Below are positions 50,730 through 63,700 of a DNA stretch of 64,000 nt, piece after piece. The stretch's first letter is position 1, and each line of letters opens with the position of its first letter. Origin of the DNA: Anthoceros angustus. Its lineage: Eukaryota > Plantae > Anthocerotophyta. The translations under genes were made by a program, and so were the position numbers. A model generated the notes under the pieces. The model ran no database searches and was not told the origin of the DNA. It was given only the letters and a program-made list of their open reading frames with translations. The stretch lies in NCBI GenBank assembly GCA_010909165.1, contig VJWM01000234.1, positions 1-64,000 of the forward strand, read 5' to 3'.

Positions 50730-53110
50730 AGCCTGTGAGTGGAATCAGATCCGAGACACGGGGAGGTCCATTCACCTCATTGTCCTGTAGTCGGGATTCC
50801 TCGGCAATGTTTTGTGCCAAGAGACGCATCTTCATCACCACCGACCGCCTAGCTGTCGTGTCAAGCCACCCCTCACACCCTTCACTCAACTACTACTACC
50901 TCCTGCCTTGTCCAACTACCATGATCTAACTCCCCACCTCTTCGCTTTCTATGCAGCCTGCTCACAGGTAGTGGATCAACACCAGGTGGGTCCCACACCA
51001 AAACCTAGCGATTATTTCGCATGTCCTCCTCTAATTCATCGATATCAATCCCCACCATGAATCTAAGGATCCTTTCCATCCATCTTGACAAATTAAGACC
51101 CTAGTTGGTTTGCACCAAGAAGGCTCAAGTCATCAATCCTTCACCTCTCGTGCAAGAGCAACATTCTGCATCTCCTTGGCCCTAGGCCCCCATAGACTCC
51201 ACCCAAAGAAACCCAAGGAAAGCTCACTCGCCTCCAAAAGATCCGTCACCAACTCCCTTCTAAGAACTTTCAATCGCTCCTGTGTCTTTTGCAAATATAA
51301 GCTCATACTCCTTACACAAAAGGCACCCCATCTAGTACTGATCCGCCATAGGATGCTTAACTCGAGTTCTATATCCACATATCCAACACATTAAGTTCCT
51401 GCATTTTGCCACATACATTTTAATGATTCATTATTGAACTCTCACCAAGCTCTTCTACATTTCTCCTTAGCGAACTCCTTGACCAACTCTCGAATCACCT
51501 ACCTTGCTCAATTCTCCTCGCCACCACAACGACCTCCTTCACACCTACTTGTAGCCCAACGCGAATTTTGCCTTCATGATGCAAATTTACGATTCCTTCT
51601 CCATATCAGCCCCATCTGCACATCGCTTCTCGTCAGCCACTCCATCTTGCATCCCACCGCAAATTCATGCCATGAGAGCTCTACCATGGCCTCTCTAGTT
51701 CAAGACACGTCTATCATCCCATCCTCACATCATTACCCACGCAAGTTTCCACATGCACGCCATGGCCTCCTCTTGCAAATGACTAGCATGCACCATAACT
51801 CATCTCTCTTTCTCTGCCTTCATCCTTCGCCTTGTGGCCTTCACCGAACATGTGCTAGGCACTCTCCACCCTTGCCGTAGGCCGCCTATCTACCCCACTC
51901 ACCTTGTACGTTGTTCCTATCGCGTAGGGTGTCACCTATCATGGTAGGCGCCTCCCCATACACCCGCCTTGGCCCTATCCGCCTGACCCCTTGAGCCCTC
52001 GCCTCATGGAGGTTTCCTCCTCCCAGAACCCTGGTTCTACCACGCTTCCTCTCTTCCTTCGCAGAGTCCTCCATTGAGGCCAGCTTTGACGCCTCCTCCA
52101 GGTTAAAGGCAATGGTCTTTCCATGCTTGGCCTCGATGGACAATCTTGAATGGATGCCAAGAACCTTCCAGCTCCTTGCACCACACACACAGGCCTTGAC
52201 CTCGCCCTTGCTCAAGGCTCTTATAGTTTTTACGAGTTTCCAATTGCTGTGATTTGAAAGGAATTTCGGGCGTTTCACTGATTATTCTCCAGTGTTGAGA
52301 GTCCCTTCTCCAATCTCTTCACATGCCTTGCTCTTCCCAACACTTCTTTGGGCTTGGGCAAGTGCCTTCTTCCTTCCACCCGGCCCTTTCCTTCCTTCTT
52401 CTTCTCTTGTTGCACCCTACTTGTCTTGCCTATTTTCCTCCTCTGTGCCTAGCTTGCACCCTCTTCTCTATCCTGCAGGGTGCGTACATCACAATCTTGT
52501 GTGGGGCTCTTCTCTGACTCTTGGTGTGGCGCCTTCCTGCGGTGTTGGCGCTTCCTCACCTTCAAGTTGTGACCTCCTACACACATGCGGATTATAAAGA
52601 TAACTTGGGGTTAGGAATGGTAACTACCAATCTACTACGCCCTTGGATATGCACCACGTGGCACCTTTTCTGATTGATTGGAGTTTCCAATTCCTCTTAC
52701 TAAGATACTATTTCCCCTAGTTTCCTAACGGCCCAATCTAGCTTTTAATTTCCTATTCGACCCATTTATCTAGTCCACTATTGGTGGGCATATATAGTGG
52801 ATATCTCCCTATCCTAATTTCCCTTTTTGCGAGATCCGGCCTACCCGGTGATCGCCCTTCCTCTCGACCTACCCGGCGTGGTGTGGCGACCTCGGTGATG
52901 ATACCTCCGCCCTTGAGGCCTTCCTATCTCGCCCGGTCATTTTTGACTTCTTTTCCACAGATATCCTCTACGCCTCCTAACGGTATCCTACAACTCCAGC
53001 TTCAAGGATTTGAAAATTCCTAGCATGATCCCTTCAATCGTTTTAGCCAAAAAAAAATCAAGTTCGTTCTTCCTCCGCTCTTTGGGCTGGTTGCCCAAAC
53101 TTTTGCTCCA
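50730..53110 (-). mobile_element. Fragment of a diverged family A relative with a different extra-ORF version
   Basis: 52780-53110 matches the post-INT spacer (46560-46820). ELEGSWHPFKIVH near 52140-52180 is homologous to ELEDAWHP..IIH of the extra ORF; the rest is divergent. Confidence 0.65.
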
Positions 53111-53111
53111 C

Positions 53112-56100
53112 GGATGGGTGTATGGCGGCAATGGGCCTACACCAATTTGGAGATTGAGGTGCTTCATCAATCTCCATCAATCGAGGCAGCCTTGCGCGTT
53201 AGGAAAGGAATGCTCGAGCGGATCCTCGCTGATGAACCGTAAGGAGCATTCGGCGGTGTATGGGAGACCGGAGGAAGAAAGCTCTTGCTCTCCTCGAAAG
53301 GTCGAATGGAGGGAAGAGGCCCTCTCGATTCCGCAAGAGCTCCCTTGACATGATGATGGACGGAGGAGTGAAGGCCCATGCCAAGAATGGCTGGAAAGCA
53401 GATAGCATCAAGAGGCTGAAGTGGAGGCTCTTTGCGAAGATTGTGTCTTGGGGTTGGTAAATTACCAGGACTTCTATTTCACCAACTTCCTCAATTTTGT
53501 GGAAGATTTCCAGAGGAGCCAAGCAGTTGGGGCACCATCATGTATGAGGCCTACATCCACCAGGAGAAGCTCCTCAAGCCAAATTCGGTGGATGAGGAAG
53601 GGCCAAGGCCACACTACCTTAGCACCTATTTGGTGCATTTGGGAAAGCAGGGACTTCTCACAAGCAAGGAGTTGGAAGATGCTTGGCATCCTTGAGATAA
53701 TCCATCTCCAGCCAAGCTTGGAAAGGCCTTGCCTTTTGCATTGAGGAAGGTGGGAGGTCGGACCTCCACAAGCATGCTAGGAGCAAGGGCGGAGGATGTA
53801 GAGGCAACAAGGTTTGAGTGGGAATCTTTTCCCCAGGGAGCAAGAAAGAGGAGGAGGAACGGCCGAGGAAGGCCGAATGGTAGTCTATGAGAGGAGGACT
53901 ACCACGGGAGGGTGTGACCCCAAGGGTGGGGAGTCCCCACCATCGTTGTGCCTAGCGAGGCACCCGGCCCACCCGGTGAGGCGGCCTACCCAGAGGTGGG
54001 CGGACTACGTGGTAGGTCGACCTACCAGTGGTAGCTACAGCGGTAGGGGCGACCTACCGCGGTAGGGGCACCGCGGTAGCGCACCCTCGGTAGGCAGCCT
54101 GGCGGGGAAGGAAGGGAAGCGGTGTGGCCGTGAGGCGCGCCTAGCCGCCACTACCGCGGAGGGAGGCGGATGGGCGGCAGTGAGGGACCAGCCGCCCGTG
54201 ATATGGAGAGGCTGGAGATTTCCAGCAAGAGGCCAGGCGGTGGGCCCTAGGAGACTTGAGTGCTTGTGAAGCACTCGGCCATGTGGATTGAAGGGGCTAG
54301 GAGCTAGCCTCCTTGTGGGCATGCCAAGAGGAAGTGAAAGCCCAAGACATGGCGGGAGGCGGGGACCAAGTGGCGGTGGAAGCCATGGAGTCCGGCGAGG
54401 CAAAGCTGGAAAGGGCGTAAGCTCCAGCGACCTCGTGGATCGGAGGCGGAGAAGGTCCTGGAGGGAAGGTTGTCACAAGCAGAGAGCCATTCGGCGACAA
54501 CCCAAAGGACTCTTGGAGGCGAGGCGGAGGAGCATTTTGCCCAATTAGAGAACGAAGGGCAAAGCGGAGGCTCTAGGAAGGAGAAGGTGGCGGTCCAACA
54601 AATGGGCCTTGAGGCGGTGATGGCTACCCAAGCCATCAAGATCCGGGACATGGAAGGAATTGCGCGGATTTGGAGAAGCGCTCGGAGTTGGGCTCAAGAT
54701 CGCAATTGAGCTGGAGCGAGAGAGTGGAGCGGAGAAGGAAGGCTTGCCAAGCAATGGACTGGAGGAGGTTCGGAGGAGGAATACAAGAAGGTGGTACATA
54801 GGATCTTGGTGAGGAAGAGATTTTGGGCGACTATGCCCTTGAGGATTAACCGGTGAGGAAGCAAGGGAGGAGAATGTGACCTCCATGTCAAGGTGGGAGA
54901 ATTGACCACCGAGGGGCGCCTACAAGGTAGGTGTGAGGATGGAGAGTGGCCCACGGAGTTGATGATCTCCAAATGCAATATCATAGGGGCTCACCTCCAT
55001 AATAGGATTTTGAAGGCCAACAATGAAATCTCGTTTGGCCAAGAGGACATTAGGTCCTCATGATGATGGCGAAGGAGGCGCAGAGTGCGGCCTCCGCCTG
55101 ATGAGGCGACATGGACTCAGAGTCAGGCGAGGAGGCGAAGGAGGGCCGTGGCGCCAAGGAGGAAGATGGCGCGGAGGAGGAGGGGACCGCCCTCACGGTC
55201 ACCACGGTGTGCGGACTACGTGGTGACAACCACCGCGGTGATGCGGACTAGGGTGCAGCCATGGCGGGGCTGAGTCGGGCGCGGAGGCTGGCGAGGATGA
55301 AGGAGCCGGGGTCGGTGGTATACCTGGAGGAGGTGGTGGGAGACAACCCCACGGAGAGATTAAGGCGGGATTAGATCGAGGAAGGGGAGGGTAAGTTCCC
55401 TCACCCCACGAGCAAGGGAAGGGCGAGCCGGAGAGGAGCAGCGAAAAGGCCGAAGATTAGTGAGGAGATCGGTGTCAATGGGGATGAAGACTCTTTGAAG
55501 ATGCTCTATGGTAGTATGGACAAATCAAACAGGAAAGAGCAGAAAATCTTGACCCGGAAGCCCTCGATGGAGAAGGAAGGAGAAAGGGCGGACTACCATG
55601 GTAGGTAGTCGGCCTACCCGATGATCTGCCGGACTACAGCGGTAGTGTTGATAAGCGGGGCGACCGGTGGAGAAAGGCGCCGCAGTGTGCGGAGGCGATT
55701 CTGGAGATGGGAGGAATTGGGCGCCACAGGAATGGAAGGAAGAATTGTACCCACACATTAGGAAGCGACAAGATCGGGAAGGGAGAGCAAAAGGAGGCGA
55801 GGAGCCAATCCACAAGGACACGTCGCCACCCAGCGAGATGATGACTAGAATGGTCAAAGACCATAAATGTTAGAGGAAAATAGAAGGATAGGTGGTGTGG
55901 TGACATCCTTTAAGGATGATCTTAGGTGAAGTTACTAGAATAGAATTTACCAAGGATCGGACAATAGACTTAGGTGCAGACATTAAATCTTGGCGGTAGG
56001 AAATAATAGAAAATTGGAAAAGGTGACTGCGGTAGGGTCACCTAAGGAGGTTGTATGTGGAAGGCCTCCTATAAGAGGAGGAGGATTTCACAAAGTAAAG

Positions 56101-56881
56101 TATCACGTCTTGCGCTTCCACTCGAGTCCTTTGCCATTCTGAGGAGGAATTTCGTGGTGTGAGCCGTCAGTGAGAGGAAGTCGCGGTGGTCGGAGTGCTT
56201 GGTGGAGGACTTGCTCTGCAAGTGCCTAAGCAGTTGCTCCCCTTGTGAATGGTTCTTTGAAATTGCTTTGCTTTGGGTGTGTGGCAATGCCGAGAACTCT
56301 CGGCTGAGGTAGACTAGGGAAAGACTCCTGGAGGTTCTCATTGTGGTGTCAAACTCATAGCAAGCCCAAGGAAGAACTTCTTTGGTGGAGGCCAGGCGGT
56401 TGTGCCGTGAGGCGAGTCAGCAGTAAGCCCAGGAGGTTAGAATAGGAGGAAGAGGATGAGAAGATGAGTAGAGGATTAGAGGTGTAGGTGTTAGTGGAAG
56501 GCCACAGGCGAGCCTAAGGGCCAGAATCCCAAATCAAGTAAAGCGCTCACAGGTGGAGAAGAGTGGTCTTAAGTAGGGGAAATCGCGGTGTGGATCGGGG
56601 GTCACAGGCGCCGTGATAGGCTCCTGCTAAGGCGGGACACCGCAATTGTGTTGTGTCGTTGTAGGTCGAGGATTGGTGATTTTGAGCAAAGGCAAGTGGT
56701 GCACAGAAGAGGGAGAGTAGAGGGCCTTTGTTTAGAAGGCTGAGAAGTGTGTCAGCAGTAGCGATCGGCCATCACAGACCCTCGAACTTTCACACAAGTC
56801 TCATGGGACGAAACCCAACGACGGGTTTAGTGGATAAGTGTGGCCGCTAGAGTGGGAGGATTACTGGCTTTTCCTACCACA
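53112..56881 (+). mobile_element. Family A 3' half with LTR (~55496-56881)
   Basis: 5'-truncated extra ORF (WGTIMYEAYI...YLSTYLVHL), 3' UTR, and LTR ending CCTACCACA; followed by family B sequence at 56885-56945. Confidence 0.9.
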
Positions 56882-57499
56882 TGCCAAACGGAGCCTATCA
56901 TTCTTTGGGAACGGACCTCGCTACAACGACACGGATTGTGCGCCTCATCAAAAGTCCCGCCACAAGGACATAGAGTTAAGAAGAGATAGTCCCAAGACAA
57001 CAAGAACAAATTAGGAGCCCAACGACAGAGCAATAGAAGACAAGCTATAGAGGAGAGATAGAAGAAACCTCCTCTTGTAGCAAACTTCATTGCATCTATT
57101 TTAATTTCTAAACCGTATCAAGGGAAGTTTATCAAGCTAGCTAGACGTGATTTGCTAGAAGTTTTAGTCCAATTCACGCCAAGGCATTAGAATTAGCTCC
57201 AACATATCCCAAATTTGAATGGGTATTAGTACTCCTTTATCTTCTAGTCGCAAGACAAAATAGCATAGAAACTCTTAGATTTCAAGAAATTGATAGTCAA
57301 TTAGCAACTCTTAGAATCCAACTTTGATCTTAAGGGAGAATTATCTTTAAGGACAAAATTGTCTATTCTCTCTCTAATGCGCAGAGATTTGAGAGCATGC
57401 TATCATCATCCGAATCGATTATGATGCAAGAGAAGAGTTTCGCACATAGAGAAGATGAGAGGTCAGATCGCGAGGCCTAGTCCTCTAAATCACCTACAA

Positions 57500-59660
57500 T
57501 GGCTGGAGTGATCAATGATGAAGAACAACTGCTCCTAATTCCCCATTGGGTAATGATAATGCTAACACTTCATTGCATTATCATTATGACAGCTTCAAAA
57601 AGAAAGATTTCAATGGAAGGGATTATGACATCCGGTCATTGAGAATGCGAGGAGCTTTGCGGCAAAGAGACCTTTGGGGCATCGCGATGGATCAATTCCA
57701 AGGCCACACGCCCATTTGAACGTGAACTTCAACCTTCCGGGACGCCAGGACGAGAAGGCACAAGATTTATTGGTCGCTGGACTTTCTCAACATATGGTGA
57801 GACATGTCGCACACGCAAAGACCTCCAAGGATATGTGGACTCACCTTGCTCAATTATATTCATCTCGAGATGTAATGAGTATTGTTGCACTTCACGTAAC
57901 TTCCGCAACCTCTCAATGAAGGAGTCCGACACCATCGAACATCATGTTAATGCATTTCGATTGGCACGATCCCATTTGGAATCTTCAATCAAGTACTCTA
58001 TCTCGTAGATGGAGGCTTACGTCATTCTCTTATCTTCATTGCCACCTTCTTATAGGGCTTTCATTACAACTCAAAATGCGATTCATAATGTCGTGCAGAT
58101 GAAGATCCAAATGAAGAGCCGACATCGTTGTTTCCGAACTTATTGGAGCATTGCTGGAGGAGGCAAGCACGCCATCATCACTCCAGCCAACAAGCAGGGT
58201 GATGTATTCACAAAGGGGTAGAGGAAGAGGACGAGGTAGAGGCCGAGGTTCTACTTTCCAACGACCCCATATCCCGCACATACTTTCCATGATGGAGAGG
58301 CATCTTCTTCAACACCGCAAGAGGTAACAAGAAGATGGGATTATATGTAATTGGTGCGTAATCCCAAATCACATGGAAAAGGATTGTCGAAGAAGAAGAA
58401 TGGGAACCTAAGGAGGCCCCACTGAGCTAACATTGCATAAGAAACAATCTTCCTCAACTCCAAAGAAGGTGCATGTGTGCTTGGCTTCTTCCAAGCCCTC
58501 CAATACCTCATGGTACTTAGACAAAGGAGCTACTTCACATATTTGTTACAAAAACTCTTTTGAGTCTTACTCACCATGGACATCACCGTCTCCTGAGATG
58601 ATCACAACCTACCCATATGGGGTTCGCTTGTATTCAAGTGTGATTCAGTTCTTCATCTTCATCAAGTCCTCCATGTTCCTTCAATGTGCAAGAATCTAGT
58701 ATCATGCAAGTCTTTGTCAAGAACACACTCTGCGGTGATCCTTTGCAGATAGTTGTCTTCTCTCTTTCATAAGTGATAGAAACTATACAATCTGCACTTT
58801 AGATGATGGTCTCTATAGATTGTCGACAAGTGGGAGCCACCCATTACGCTAATGTTGCCATTCCAAACCCACACACCTACCCAAACCATGCTTTGGCACT
58901 GTCGCCTTGGTCATCCTAATAGTCAAAAGTTGATCTAAATGTCTAAGGGAGCTTTATATAGAACCCGTTGCCTTGCAAAGGTCGAAGACCTCCCTTGGTG
59001 CGAATCTTATGTCCTCACTAAACGACACTAAGAGCCTTTCAAAAATAAATCTACAGAAAGGGCCAAGTCATCCTTAGAGATAGTGCACATAGACATTTGT
59101 AGACCCTTGTCTACACCCTCCTTTAGTGTTAGTAGATATTTGTTGACATTCACAGATGATTTCTCTTGTTTTGTCTTTTCCTACATCCTGAAAAACAAGA
59201 GTGATGCTTTTCACTGGTTCAAGGACTACATGAAATGAGCTGAGAGACTTACAGATAACAAACTCAAGACCTTACGTTCCGACAATGGTGGAGAGTTTAC
59301 ATCTACTGAATTTGAGGAGTTGGTATAGCTCAACAACTTACAATTGTATACACTCCTCAACAAAATGGCGTGGAGAACAAGAATCTACGCCTTCAAGAGA
59401 TCACAGGTTGCTTATTGGTACAAGCTAAGTTATCTAAGGCATATTGGGCAAAGGCCCTCCTCACTGCAACCTATCTCATGAATCGATTGCCTACGTCAGC
59501 TGTTCAAGGTATGACTCCATATGAAGCATTCATTGGCAAGAAGCCTTCTATTGACCACCTTCGAATTTTTGGATCCCCGATGTATGTTTTTATTCCCAAA
59601 GCATTGCGTAAGAAGTTGGATCCCAAATCAGCTAAATACACTTTCATTGGCTACACCGAA
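57500..59660 (+). mobile_element. Degenerate Ty1/copia gag-PR-INT (RT/RH absent)
   Basis: FNGRDYD...MRGALRQRDLW; LLSSLPPSY; ICNWC...H.EKDC; WYLDKGATSH; LWHCRLGHP; VHIDIC; LRSDNGGEF; YTPQQNG; ATYLMNRLP; RKKLDPKS. Confidence 0.93.
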
Positions 59661-59673
59661 TTATTCAACCCTT

Positions 59674-59947
59674 TGATGAAATATATGACCTTTAAAGCAC
59701 TATTCACTAGGGCACCAGCATTTAATGATTAATTAAATGCTAGGGCTTTAGGTCATTGCTCTTAGTTAGTTAGTAGTTAGTTAGTTACAACTACTTTATA
59801 GTTACAACTACTTTATAGTTACAACTACTTGTTGGTTATAACCACTTATGGTTGTAACCATATGGCCTTTAAATAGGCTTGTACTCTTTACTTTCTTAAT
59901 TCATTGTATTCTAGCACTTTGTGCCCAAGAGCTATTGATTCTCATCA
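59674..59947 (+). repeat. Short (274 bp) LTR of a separate element
   Basis: Terminal inverted repeat TGATGA...TCATCA; 18-bp repeat (agttacaactactttat) about x3; TATA-like CTTTAAATAGG; directly followed by a PBS. Confidence 0.8.
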
Positions 59948-59959
59948 TGGTATCAGAGC
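59948..59959 (+). promoter_or_regulatory. tRNA-iMet primer binding site
   Basis: TGGTATCAGAGC directly after the LTR ...CA. Confidence 0.9.
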
Positions 59960-60740
59960 ATAGCTCTCTATGCTTGAGCCCTACACCATCCTTTGCCCAA
60001 TGCTACTTTAATCTTCATCTTTTGCGAATCATGTATCGTGGAGACTTCACCTTGGGCAGCAATCAAGTTCTCTAAGGATGCGCAACTTGTGCATCCATCC
60101 CCTTTTCGGTCATCATGGATTTCTCAAATCCTAGCGAACAAGGAAGAAGGAGGAAAGTCAAGACCCAGAGAAAGAGGAGGCAACAAAAGGACTTCATAGA
60201 AGTTTCATCAAAGGAGTTTGATCATCATTCCCCACTTGAATATGATTTGCTTGAAGTCCATGTTTGTAATTTGATATCTGCTCTTCTCTCTAAGTCTAAA
60301 CATAGAGTGAAGTCCATCATATTAGCTAGAAGGACCTTGCTCTCCACCTTTAGTCTTTACCAAATAGGTACTATTGAGTCAATAATTTCTCAATTCATCA
60401 ATACAAAGACTAGGACTTTCTTTCCTAACCCAAATAAATTGCAACAATGTCATGCCGTGTGATATTAATCTCTGCACTTGGGTTTAGTGTTTGATTAGCA
60501 TTAATTAATCTAATGACCTATCTTTAAATATGTAATTATTGTTAATTAATCTAAGATGCTTATGTTAATTAAGCATTGATTAGTATTAATTAATCTAATG
60601 TGATTATGTCAATTAACCATTGATTAGTGTTAATCAAACATGGTTAGCAATAGCTAAGTGGATAAGCTCAAGTAATATGTCTTGCATATTATAGTGTATT
60701 CTTAGGATATAATAGCTAAGTGGATAAGCTCAAGTAATAT

Positions 60741-63700
60741 GGTAGCAGAAACAAATCGGGATCCTTGAGCGAAATCTTCTACCGGCGAGGGCGACCTCTC
60801 CTGGTCGTCCCAAAGATCAATCGATCGGAGATTCGATCGAGTCGTTCCGCCAAATCCTCGACCGCACAATTCCCGCTCTTGGCGACCTCGTCGTCATCGA
60901 TTCGGAAGTTGGGGTGGTATCACCGCTTTGAGAAGCAAAGCGTCGCGGGCGTTCGCGGCGTGTGAAAGAACGTGCTCGGAGGGCGCCCTTCCTCACGGAC
61001 ACCTTCTCTTCTCTCGACCTCCTTCCTCTCGGTCGGTGATCTCGCCTCTTCCTCCTCCTTCTCGTCGTCGTTCCGCTCCGTCTTGGAGTCCGGCGACTTC
61101 CTCGCGTCCGCTCGTGACTCTACTTCCTCCTGCTGCCTCGGTAGCGGCGGCAGTCTCTTCCCTTAGCGATTTCTTCGAGCTCGTCTCTTGCGGTGGCGGT
61201 GGTGGTGACCTCCTGCGTGTATCTCCCCGAGATCGACCCCTACCAGACATCTGCCATCCTCATGTCCTCCAACCCACAGGTGTTAAGAGGAAGCAAATCA
61301 CGCCCCGTTTAGTGTCTCAACCGGTCACCCCTATGACAACTTAGGCAGCGCGAAATTCCTTCTTCTCACCCTATGGTCGACCCTCAGTCCCTTTGAAAAA
61401 CACTCCAGCCTAGCGATGGAAACCACAAAACTTCAAACTTTCAACAACAAGTCCCCGGCAACGGCGCCAAAAATGTGGTAAACGGGGCACTCCCAGGTCC
61501 TCCCACTATAAGCGGCCACACTTATCCCTTGTCGCCGTCGTTGGGTTTCGTCCCATGAGACTTGTGTGAAAGTTCGAGGGCCTTGTGATGCCCAATCGCT
61601 ACTGCGAGACACTTCTCGACCTTCTAGCGAGCAAACCTACTCTCCCTCTTACGGTACTTGCCTTGCTTGAAAAATCGCCAATCCTCGACCTACGACACAA
61701 AACAATTGCAGGTCCACCTTTCGGAGAGCCTATCACGGCGCCGGGGACCCCCAGTCACACAGCGATTTGTCCCTACTTCTAAGACCACTCTTCTCCACTC
61801 GGGGCGCTCTTTTACTTGCAGTTGGGATTCGTCCCTTAGGCTCACTGTGGCCTTCCACTAACACCTACACCTCTAATCCTCTACTCATCTTCTCATCTCT
61901 CATCCTCTTCCTCCTAGTCTAACCTCGATTCGGGCTTCTTGGTTTGACTCGCCCTTACGGCTGCTGCACAGGGTCGCCTCCACCGAAGTTCTTCCTTGGG
62001 CGGTTGCTATGAGTTTGACACCACTCAGAACCTCCGAGTCTTTCCTGGTCTACCCTCAAGGGTTCTCTGGGCATTTGCCACACACCCAAAGCAAAGCAAT
62101 TTCACAGCAACCATTCACAAGGGAGCAACTCGTTTAGGCACTTGCAGAGCAAGTCCTCCACCAAGCACTCCGACCACGCGACTTCCTCTCTACCGAATGA
62201 CTGCGTTGGCTCACGGTGACCGAAATTCCTCTGTAATGGCAAAGGACTCGATGGGGTGGGCGCAAGACATGATACTTTACTTTGTGAAATCCTCCTCCTC
62301 TTATAGGAGGCCTTCCCATACAACCTCCCTTAGGTGACCCTCTGCAGTCACCTTTTCCAATTTCTATTATTTCCTACATGACATTTAATGTGGCACCTAA
62401 ATCTATTATTATCCTTGGTAAATTCTATTCTAGTAACTTCACCTAAGACCATCCTTGAAGGATGTCGATCTACTATCCTTCCTATTCCCAAAGCTCATTT
62501 ATGGTCATTGACCATTCTTAGTCTTATCTTTGGGGTGGTGACATCCCTTGATTGGCTCCCTCGCCCTCCTTTTGCTCTTGCCCTTCCCGGATCTTGTCAC
62601 CTTCCTGTGTGCAAGTACAATCCCCTTCCTCCATCTCCGGCGGCCTAAAGTCTGTTCCAGCAATCGCCCCTCCACCCGCCTTTTCTCCAGCCTCCGCCCG
62701 GTCGCGCGTTCATCGCACCCTACGCGGTAGTCAGCGGACTACGGGGTAGTGACTACCATGGTAGTCGGTCCCTATCTCCTTCTTTCTCCGCATCGGTGAG
62801 GACTTGGTCAGATCTTCCATTGCTCTTCCTTCTTTGGTTTGTCCATACCTATGAGCATGTCATCTTCTTCCCCATTGTCGTGATCTAACTCTCGGGCCTT
62901 CTTTGCGTTGGTCTCCTCTCCCTGGCTCCTCCCTTATCGTGGCGGGGAACTTCTCACCCTCCCCTTCCTCGGTCGGTCTTTGTCTCCTCCGGTGGGGTTG
63001 TCTCCCCACCACCTCAGCCTCCTCAGGGGGTATACTGGACCCCGGCTCCTTCATCCTTGGGCCTTGGCCCGACTCTGAGGCCTCGCGGGCTGCCTACCCC
63101 GTAGTGCGGACTCAGGCGTGTTGTCTACCACGTCTGGCGGACTACCGTGGTAGGTGGTCACCGTGGTAGGTTGACCCCCGGGGAGGTGGGTCCCCTCCTT
63201 GCTCTCGCCACCTTCTACCGGCGCTCTCCCTCCGACTCCTCCTCAGTTCCTCGGAGTCCATTTGTGATGGCCTCATCAAAATCGGAGGCCTCTGCTGCAC
63301 TGTTCTGCTCCTTGTCATCATCATGAGGACCCAATGTCCTCCTCTTGGCCAACCGTAAGACTTCATTGTTGGCCTTCAAAATCTATTGTGGAGGTGAGCC
63401 CCAAGTTGTGATTGCATTTGGAGATCATCAATCTCCGTGGGCCACTCTCCATCTTCACACCTACCTTTGTAGGCGTCCCTTGAGGTCAATTCCCCCACCT
63501 TGACATGGAGGTCACATTCTCCTCCCACTTCCTTTATGGTGGCCAATTTTGCACAGGGCATAGCCAAAATCGCCTCACCACCCACGTGCACCACCTTCTT
63601 GTGGCTCCTCCTCTTGGAACCTCCTTTGTTCCTCGCCATTGCTTGGCAAGTCCTTCTCCTCACTTGCAACCCTCCGCTCCCTTTCTGCGTCTTGTGCCTT

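Larger units (their letters stand above)
42193..50730 (-). mobile_element. Family A element, most complete copy (PR-RT-RH-INT, extra ORF, LTR 42193-~43545); gag end missing
   Basis: VPLDSGS (50175-50543); APFGLCNAP...EVFLDDF (49172-49492); VDVSAYAIG...EKNYSTTEREGLG (48662-48910); PFEKWGIDF...LVATDY (47448-47723); extra ORF ATG at 46034; LTR end TGTGGTAGG at 42193. Confidence 0.92.

Noticed and set aside
61452-61469. tRNA-Asp gene
   Set aside because: Only the 18-nt 3' end including CCA, adjacent to an LTR; this is a PBS.
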